Origin: Verrucomicrobiota bacterium
GTDB lineage: Bacteria > Verrucomicrobiota > Kiritimatiellia > JAAZAB01
Direction of reading: 5' to 3'
Length of the DNA: 64,000 bases
Assembly (NCBI GenBank): GCA_043814705.1
Contig: JBDRJR010000122.1
Location: 9,295-73,294, forward strand
Shown here: one piece after another, positions 59,115-64,000 of the stretch
Layout of the letters: the number at the start of each line of letters is the position of its first letter
How positions within the stretch are numbered: position 1 is the first letter of the stretch
The notes under the pieces: model-generated
Database searches by the model: none
The model's input: only the letters and a program-made list of their open reading frames with translations
Told to the model about the DNA's origin: nothing
Program-made: the position numbers and the translations under genes

Positions 59115-59558
59115 ATGAAATGGTTGCGGAAATTGACTGCCTGGGCCCGGATCAAATCGCCGTGGATCATTCATTTCAACACGGGCGCCTGCAATGGCTG
59201 TGACATTGAAATTGTGGCGGCGCTGACGCCGCGCTATGATATCGAACACCTCGGCATTCTGTTAAAGGGCACACCCCGGCACGCGGATATCCTGCTGTGC
59301 TCCGGACCCGTGACGCGCCAGATCCAGGACCGGCTGGTGCGCATCTACGAACAAATGCCGGAGCCCAAGTTCGTCGTCGCCGTGGGAGCCTGCGCCTGCT
59401 CGGGCGGCGTATTCAAAGGCTGTTATAATGTGTGCGGCGGCATTGATGCCGTGATTCCGGTCGCGGTCTACATCCCCGGATGCCCGGTACAGCCCGAGGC
59501 GATTATTGACGGGATCGTCAAACTGCTGGCTGGCCTGAAGGACGGGAAATCATCATGA
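59115..59558 (+). CDS. [NiFe] hydrogenase small subunit, NuoB-like (single proximal 4Fe-4S)
   Basis: GACNGCDIE, GACACSGG and CPGCP cysteine motifs. Confidence 0.85.
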   Translation: MKWLRKLTAWARIKSPWIIHFNTGACNGCDIEIVAALTPRYDIEHLGILLKGTPRHADILLCSGPVTRQIQDRLVRIYEQMPEPKFVVAVGACACSGGVFKGCYNVCGGIDAVIPVAVYIPGCPVQPEAIIDGIVKLLAGLKDGKSS

Positions 59559-60016
59559 CGAACGAGGAAAAAATCCGGCAGGAACTGTCGGAACAGTTCG
59601 GCTTCGGCACGGAACAGATCCGCGTGACGCGCGAACGGCGCCTATTCCTGGAAACGCCCTATAACCGGTTCCGCGGCGTGCTTGAACACGCCGTGAACAA
59701 CATGGGCTTCAAGCAACTGTGCACGATTACCGGATTGGATGAAGGCGAATCACTGGCGGGCATCTATCACCTGGCGCGTGCGGATGGCATCGTGCTGAAC
59801 CTGAGGGTGCGCGTCCCGAAAGCCAATCCGGTTTTGCAAACGATCACCGACATATTTCCCGGCAGTATGAATTATGAGCGCGAGCTGGTGGATTTGCTGG
59901 GTTTCAGGGTGGAAGGGTTGCCGGAAGGCAACCGCTATCCCCTGCCCGACAACTGGCCGATCGGTCAATGCCCGTTGCGCAAGGACTGGAAAGCGAAAAT
60001 GCCGGACACAACCTGA
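59555..60016 (+). CDS. NuoC-like (30 kDa-type) hydrogenase subunit
   Basis: YERELVDLLGFRVEG matches the NuoC/HycE-N ERExxDxxG motif. Confidence 0.8.
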   Translation: MTNEEKIRQELSEQFGFGTEQIRVTRERRLFLETPYNRFRGVLEHAVNNMGFKQLCTITGLDEGESLAGIYHLARADGIVLNLRVRVPKANPVLQTITDIFPGSMNYERELVDLLGFRVEGLPEGNRYPLPDNWPIGQCPLRKDWKAKMPDTT

Positions 60017-60074
60017 ATTTGAAATCCGGTGTTTCGAATTTCGTGCTTCAATTTTAGATTAAAAAGGGACGGCC

Positions 60075-61298
60075 ATGGCTAATGTCAAGATTCCCGTCGG
60101 TCCACAGCACCCGGCCTTGAAAGAGCCGGAAAATTTTACCATTACGCTCAACGGTGAAAACATCATCAACATGGATATGCGCCTGGGCTACAATCACCGC
60201 GGCATCGAAAAAGCCTGCGAGGAACGCACTTACCTCCAGGCCATGTATATTGTCGAGCGCGTCTGCGGGATATGTTCCCACTCGCATTCAACCTGCTTCA
60301 TCCAGGCCGTGGAGGAAATCGCCGGGCTGAGCGTGCCGCCGCGCGCCCAATTCATACGCACGATCATCGCCGAGCTGGAACGCATGCACAGCCACTTGCT
60401 CTGGCTGGGCGTGGCCGCCCATGAAATCGGTTTTGATACCCTGCTGATGTATTCGTGGCGCGATCGTGAACTGGTTATGGATGCCCTGGCCACATTGACC
60501 GGCAACCGTGTCAACTACGGCATGAACACGATCGGCGGCGTGCGCCGGGACATCAGCCAAGAACATTTGACCGGCCTCCTGAAAACGATGGATGTGCTCG
60601 AAGAACGCACGAAATATTACATTGAAGTCGTATCGCAAGAGCTTACATTGATCAAAAGGCTCTCCGGCGTGGGTTATCTTTCACACGCGGATGCCGTAAA
60701 ACTTGGCACAATCGGCCCCACCGGACGCGCTTCCGGTGTTGACACCGACACCCGCCGGGATGATCCGTATCTCGCCTACCGGGAACTTGATTTCAAGGTA
60801 ATCACCGATAATCATAACGACGTTTACGGGCGCACACTGGTGCGTGTCGGCGAATTAATGCAATCCTATAGTATGATCCGCCAGCTGGCCGCCAAAATGC
60901 CGGCAGGCCCCATCGCAATCAAGGCGCCTCGTAAAATTCAGGCCGGTGAAGCCTTCAGCCGTTATGAGGCGCCGCGGGGCGAGGACGTTCATTACGTCAA
61001 GGCCAACGGCACCGACAAGCCCGAACGGGTGAAAATCCGGGCGCCCACGCTGGCCAACCTTGCCGCGGTATCCAAAATGATGGAAAACAACCGCTTGGCG
61101 GACGTGCCGATCATTATCGCGGCCATTGACCCGTGTTTTTCATGCACGGACCGGATGATCCGGGTCAACGACACTGGCGGCAACCAGCGCGAAATCATTT
61201 CCTGGCAGTCGTTGCATGCGCAAAGCGTGGAGTGGTATCGGAAACAGGGCATTGATTTTAAGGCGTTGAATGCGAAACTAAACCTGCCGCGACTGTAA
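60075..61298 (+). CDS. Group 4 [NiFe] hydrogenase large subunit (NuoD-like) with a ~40-aa C-terminal extension
   Basis: N-terminal RVCGICSHSH and C-terminal DPCFSCTDR Ni-Fe ligand motifs are both intact. Confidence 0.88.
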   Translation: MANVKIPVGPQHPALKEPENFTITLNGENIINMDMRLGYNHRGIEKACEERTYLQAMYIVERVCGICSHSHSTCFIQAVEEIAGLSVPPRAQFIRTIIAELERMHSHLLWLGVAAHEIGFDTLLMYSWRDRELVMDALATLTGNRVNYGMNTIGGVRRDISQEHLTGLLKTMDVLEERTKYYIEVVSQELTLIKRLSGVGYLSHADAVKLGTIGPTGRASGVDTDTRRDDPYLAYRELDFKVITDNHNDVYGRTLVRVGELMQSYSMIRQLAAKMPAGPIAIKAPRKIQAGEAFSRYEAPRGEDVHYVKANGTDKPERVKIRAPTLANLAAVSKMMENNRLADVPIIIAAIDPCFSCTDRMIRVNDTGGNQREIISWQSLHAQSVEWYRKQGIDFKALNAKLNLPRL

Positions 61299-61303
61299 TT
61301 ACC

Positions 61304-62245
61304 ATGATTTTAACATTGTTCCATTTGCTGATATTCCCGGGCTTTCTGTTCCTGTGCTTTTTCGGGTGGGCCATGGAATATGTGGACCGCAAGCTTTACG
61401 CCCGATTGCAGAACCGGATCGGCCCGCCCTGGTTTCAGCCGCTGGCCGACTTCATCAAGCTGGCCGCCAAGGAAGACATTATCCCCGAGGAAGCTGATCC
61501 GGTCATATTCAAATTAATGCCGGCCTTTGCCCTGACAGCAGTGGTTACGGCCTTTTTTTACATTCCCCTTTGGGGGACGCAGGCGCTGTTTGCATTCAGC
61601 AGTGACTTGGTCGTCGTAATTTACCTGCTTACAATCCCCACGATGACGTTTTTCCTGGCCGGGTGGCATTCCGAATCCCTGTTTCCGATGATCGGCGCGA
61701 CCCGCACCCTGACCCAGCTTTTTGCCTATGAAGTGCCTTTATTTATGGCCATCCTGGCACCGGCCCTGCTGGCCAACACATGGTCCCTCAACGAGATGAC
61801 GGTGTTTTATCATCGGCATCCGGCCTATACCGGATACAACCTTATCGGCTTTATCGTGGCGCTCATCGCGCTCCAGGGCAAGCTGGAACGGGTGCCGTTC
61901 GATATTCCCGAAGCCGAAACCGAGATTGTCGGGGGCACGTTCACGGAATACGGCGGGCGGTTTTTGGCTTTGTTCCGTCTGGCTATTGATATTGAAGCTG
62001 TCGTCGGGGCCTCCTTGATCGCCGCCGTTTTTCTGCCGTTCGGGCTGGGGCTGGGCGCGGGATGGGGATTTGTTTTTTACATTGTCAAGGTGCTCATTAT
62101 CATTTCCCTGCTGACGCTTGTGCGAACAGTCCTGGCGCGGCTGAGAATCGAGCAAATGGTGATCTTCTGCTGGAAAGTCGTGGCGCCGGCCGCTTTGCTC
62201 CAGCTTTTTATCAACCTGATCCTCAGTGGAGCTATCCGATTATGA
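61304..62245 (+). CDS. NuoH-like membrane subunit (HycD/EchB/MbhM-type)
   Basis: 8-TM NuoH-family topology with a conserved acidic loop. Confidence 0.8.
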   Translation: MILTLFHLLIFPGFLFLCFFGWAMEYVDRKLYARLQNRIGPPWFQPLADFIKLAAKEDIIPEEADPVIFKLMPAFALTAVVTAFFYIPLWGTQALFAFSSDLVVVIYLLTIPTMTFFLAGWHSESLFPMIGATRTLTQLFAYEVPLFMAILAPALLANTWSLNEMTVFYHRHPAYTGYNLIGFIVALIALQGKLERVPFDIPEAETEIVGGTFTEYGGRFLALFRLAIDIEAVVGASLIAAVFLPFGLGLGAGWGFVFYIVKVLIIISLLTLVRTVLARLRIEQMVIFCWKVVAPAALLQLFINLILSGAIRL

Positions 62246-62667
62246 TCAAACCGGGAAAAATGGCCCGCGAAGTTCTGCAATCCCTTTTCCGCCCGCCAGC
62301 CACCGTGCTTTACCCGTCCGTTAAGGTCCCAAGGCCCGACCGGTTCCGCGGCAAAATCAAGTTCACGTCCGCCCGATGCATCGGATGCAAATTATGCATG
62401 CAGGATTGTCCGACAAACGCGATAACAATTACCAGGGTTGGCGACAAGCAGTTCCAGGCCGAATTTGATCTCGATAAGTGCATTTATTGCGCCCAGTGCG
62501 TTGATTCCTGTCCCAAAAAAGCACTGGAGTCCACCACCGAATACGAACTGGCCCAGCTCCAACGCGACAAACTGAAAGTGATTTTCCATGCCGAGCCCAC
62601 GCCTCCATCCGCCCCGGCGGCGCCCGCTGAGCGCACTGCTGAAAGCCCGTCTGCAACCGGCGCATAG
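62242..62667 (+). CDS. NuoI-like 2x[4Fe-4S] ferredoxin subunit
   Basis: CIGCKLCMQDCP and CIYCAQCVDSCP. The start at MIKPGK overlaps the previous stop. A Pro/Ala-rich tail follows. Confidence 0.8.
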   Translation: MIKPGKMAREVLQSLFRPPATVLYPSVKVPRPDRFRGKIKFTSARCIGCKLCMQDCPTNAITITRVGDKQFQAEFDLDKCIYCAQCVDSCPKKALESTTEYELAQLQRDKLKVIFHAEPTPPSAPAAPAERTAESPSATGA

Positions 62668-63226
62668 TCTGGCCGTCGTCGGGATCGGGTCCGATCTGCG
62701 CGGCGACGATATTGCCGGCCTCCTGGTTCTGCGCAATTTGCGCGCGGCATTGGCCCGCCCGCAACGCTGGAGCCCTGCCCGCAATGCTACGCATAGCGTT
62801 GCAGGCGGGGTAGCGACTGCGGGCGCGGCGCGCTCCCGGCCAAAAACCATCCGCTCTGAGGCATCGGAACGAGTCCGGCTGTTTGATGGCGGCACAGCGC
62901 CCGAAAACCTGACGGGTGAAATCGTGCGGTTCCGGCCTTCGCATATTTTACTGGTGGACGCCGCCGACTTTGGACAAAAACCGGGCACGGTGAAATTAAT
63001 TGAGCCTGAGAATATAGACGGCATGTCGTTTTCCACGCACGCCCTGCCGCTGAATATCCTGGCCGACTATCTAAAGCGCACCCTGTCCTGCCACATCATG
63101 ATCCTGGGCATCCAGCCCGGGCGAACCGATTTCGGCGCGCCGCCTTCCCGCGAAATTCGACAAACCGCCCGCCGGCTCGCACGGATCATTTTAAATGCCG
63201 CGCTACGCCGTGAAAAAAGCGCTTGA
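62588..63226 (+). CDS. Hydrogenase maturation endopeptidase (HycI-type) carrying a ~50-aa low-complexity insert
   Basis: LAVVGIGSDLRGDDIAG metal-binding N-terminus and a downstream H ligand region. The start (ATG 62588 or later) is uncertain. Confidence 0.65.
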   Translation: MPSPRLHPPRRRPLSALLKARLQPAHSLAVVGIGSDLRGDDIAGLLVLRNLRAALARPQRWSPARNATHSVAGGVATAGAARSRPKTIRSEASERVRLFDGGTAPENLTGEIVRFRPSHILLVDAADFGQKPGTVKLIEPENIDGMSFSTHALPLNILADYLKRTLSCHIMILGIQPGRTDFGAPPSREIRQTARRLARIILNAALRREKSA

Positions 63227-63264
63227 TCAGGCGTCATGATTCCCGCGGCAAAACCGTCACTGCG

Positions 63265-63726
63265 CTAAAGGGCTCTTAATTCCCGCATGATTACATCGAG
63301 ATACTCCGGCAGGCGCGCTTGTAAAACCGGCGACAGTGTTTCGCCCGGCGCCAGCGTCTCGGGCTGGATGCCGAAGATAACGATCCGCTCCGGGTACTCG
63401 CCCACACGCCGCGCCAGGGCAATCAGGTCCAACACATTGCCTTCGTGAAGGGAAAAATACGGGGGCGCATCACCGGCGCGCACCGTGTCCGGGGTAAAAC
63501 GGCGCAAGGTGCCCGGCGCCGCGCCCATGCGGGCGCAATCCAGGATCACGGCCGTTTTCCGGCCGGCAAAAGCATGGAGCACGGCCATGCCGCCCGTGCC
63601 CAATTCCAGAAAATCCACGGTCGGAAATTCGGCTGATTTCCGCGTCAATGTATCCAGTAGGACCAAGCCGATATTCTCGTCCGAAAGAAGCCTGTTGCCC
63701 AACCCGATGACCACCGTGGGGTTCAT
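63265..63726 (-). CDS. Hydrogenase maturation endopeptidase (HyaD/HybD-type)
   Basis: MNPTVVIGLGNRLLSDENIG and downstream Asp/His ligands. It is on the opposite strand at the window edge. Confidence 0.75.
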   Translation of the reverse strand: MNPTVVIGLGNRLLSDENIGLVLLDTLTRKSAEFPTVDFLELGTGGMAVLHAFAGRKTAVILDCARMGAAPGTLRRFTPDTVRAGDAPPYFSLHEGNVLDLIALARRVGEYPERIVIFGIQPETLAPGETLSPVLQARLPEYLDVIMRELRAL

Positions 63727-64000
63727 AAAGTTTTCCGGTTATTTCCATTTCCTTTGCAAGGAAAAACCATATTTACTCTAATAAATACAACTTATTTTGA
63801 AAATATGGCATTCCATTGAGTTTTTGCCGATTCCGCCGTAATCGGCAGGCAATAGACATCCGGCGCAACTTTTTTCAAAGTGCAATGATGCGATGGAGGC
63901 GCCGTAATGAAGATATTGCCTTTCATTCCCCTGGGGCGCCGTAATACGCCGGAAAGTACGCCTTTTTTTTCATCCCATTTCACCCCGGCCAGATCGCATC

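Noticed and set aside
60075-61298. Alternative reading of the 11-gene module as a respiratory complex I or Fpo/Ehr-type non-hydrogenase
   Set aside because: NuoE, F, G and J are absent, and the NuoD-like subunit keeps both CxxC nickel-ligand pairs, which true complex I, Fpo and Ehr lack.

Overview
High-GC (~60%) bacterial chromosomal segment, apparently from an anaerobic or facultative heterotroph; the repertoire would fit a PVC-like or similar lineage, but that is a guess. Almost every gene is a recognisable housekeeping or energy-metabolism gene. Reading 5' to 3': a 5'-truncated RND efflux permease, citrate synthase, a Tat-signal radical SAM enzyme, a 2-oxo-acid dehydrogenase operon (fused E1 alpha/beta, E2, E3), rpoZ, dnaK-groES-groEL, trpS, scpAB, pheA, hisC, dinB, comEC, a GH29 fucosidase, an M48 protease and a PBP5-type carboxypeptidase. 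The outstanding feature is a ~17.5 kb energy-conservation supercluster (46.0-63.7 kb). It runs apbE - rnfABCDGE, followed directly on the same strand by an 11-gene complex-I-like group 4 membrane-bound [NiFe] hydrogenase of Mrp/Mbh type. That module has three antiporter-like subunits, MnhB-, NuoK-, NuoA-, NuoB-, NuoC-, NuoD-, NuoH- and NuoI-like subunits, intact NiFe cysteine ligands, a HycI-type maturation protease, and a second HybD-type protease on the opposite strand. This would couple NADH:ferredoxin and ferredoxin:H+ ion-translocating modules at one locus. The window is also peppered with a distinctive repeat repertoire. There are several families of heptanucleotide tandem repeats (GACGACN, GAACNAA, AACGYYS, GARRTCA, GGGCTGT, AGCGTGG) sitting at gene 3' ends and sometimes translated as C-terminal tails (ScpB, a membrane protein). 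There are three MITE-like elements built from inverted GAAATTN heptamer arrays, one inside the hydrogenase operon. There is a REP-like palindrome family. Other oddities are a single in-frame TGA splitting a ~797-aa lipoprotein gene, a 38-nt perfect palindrome ahead of trpS, and an AT-rich island upstream of dnaK. No rRNA, tRNA, CRISPR array or obvious mobile-element proteins were found.
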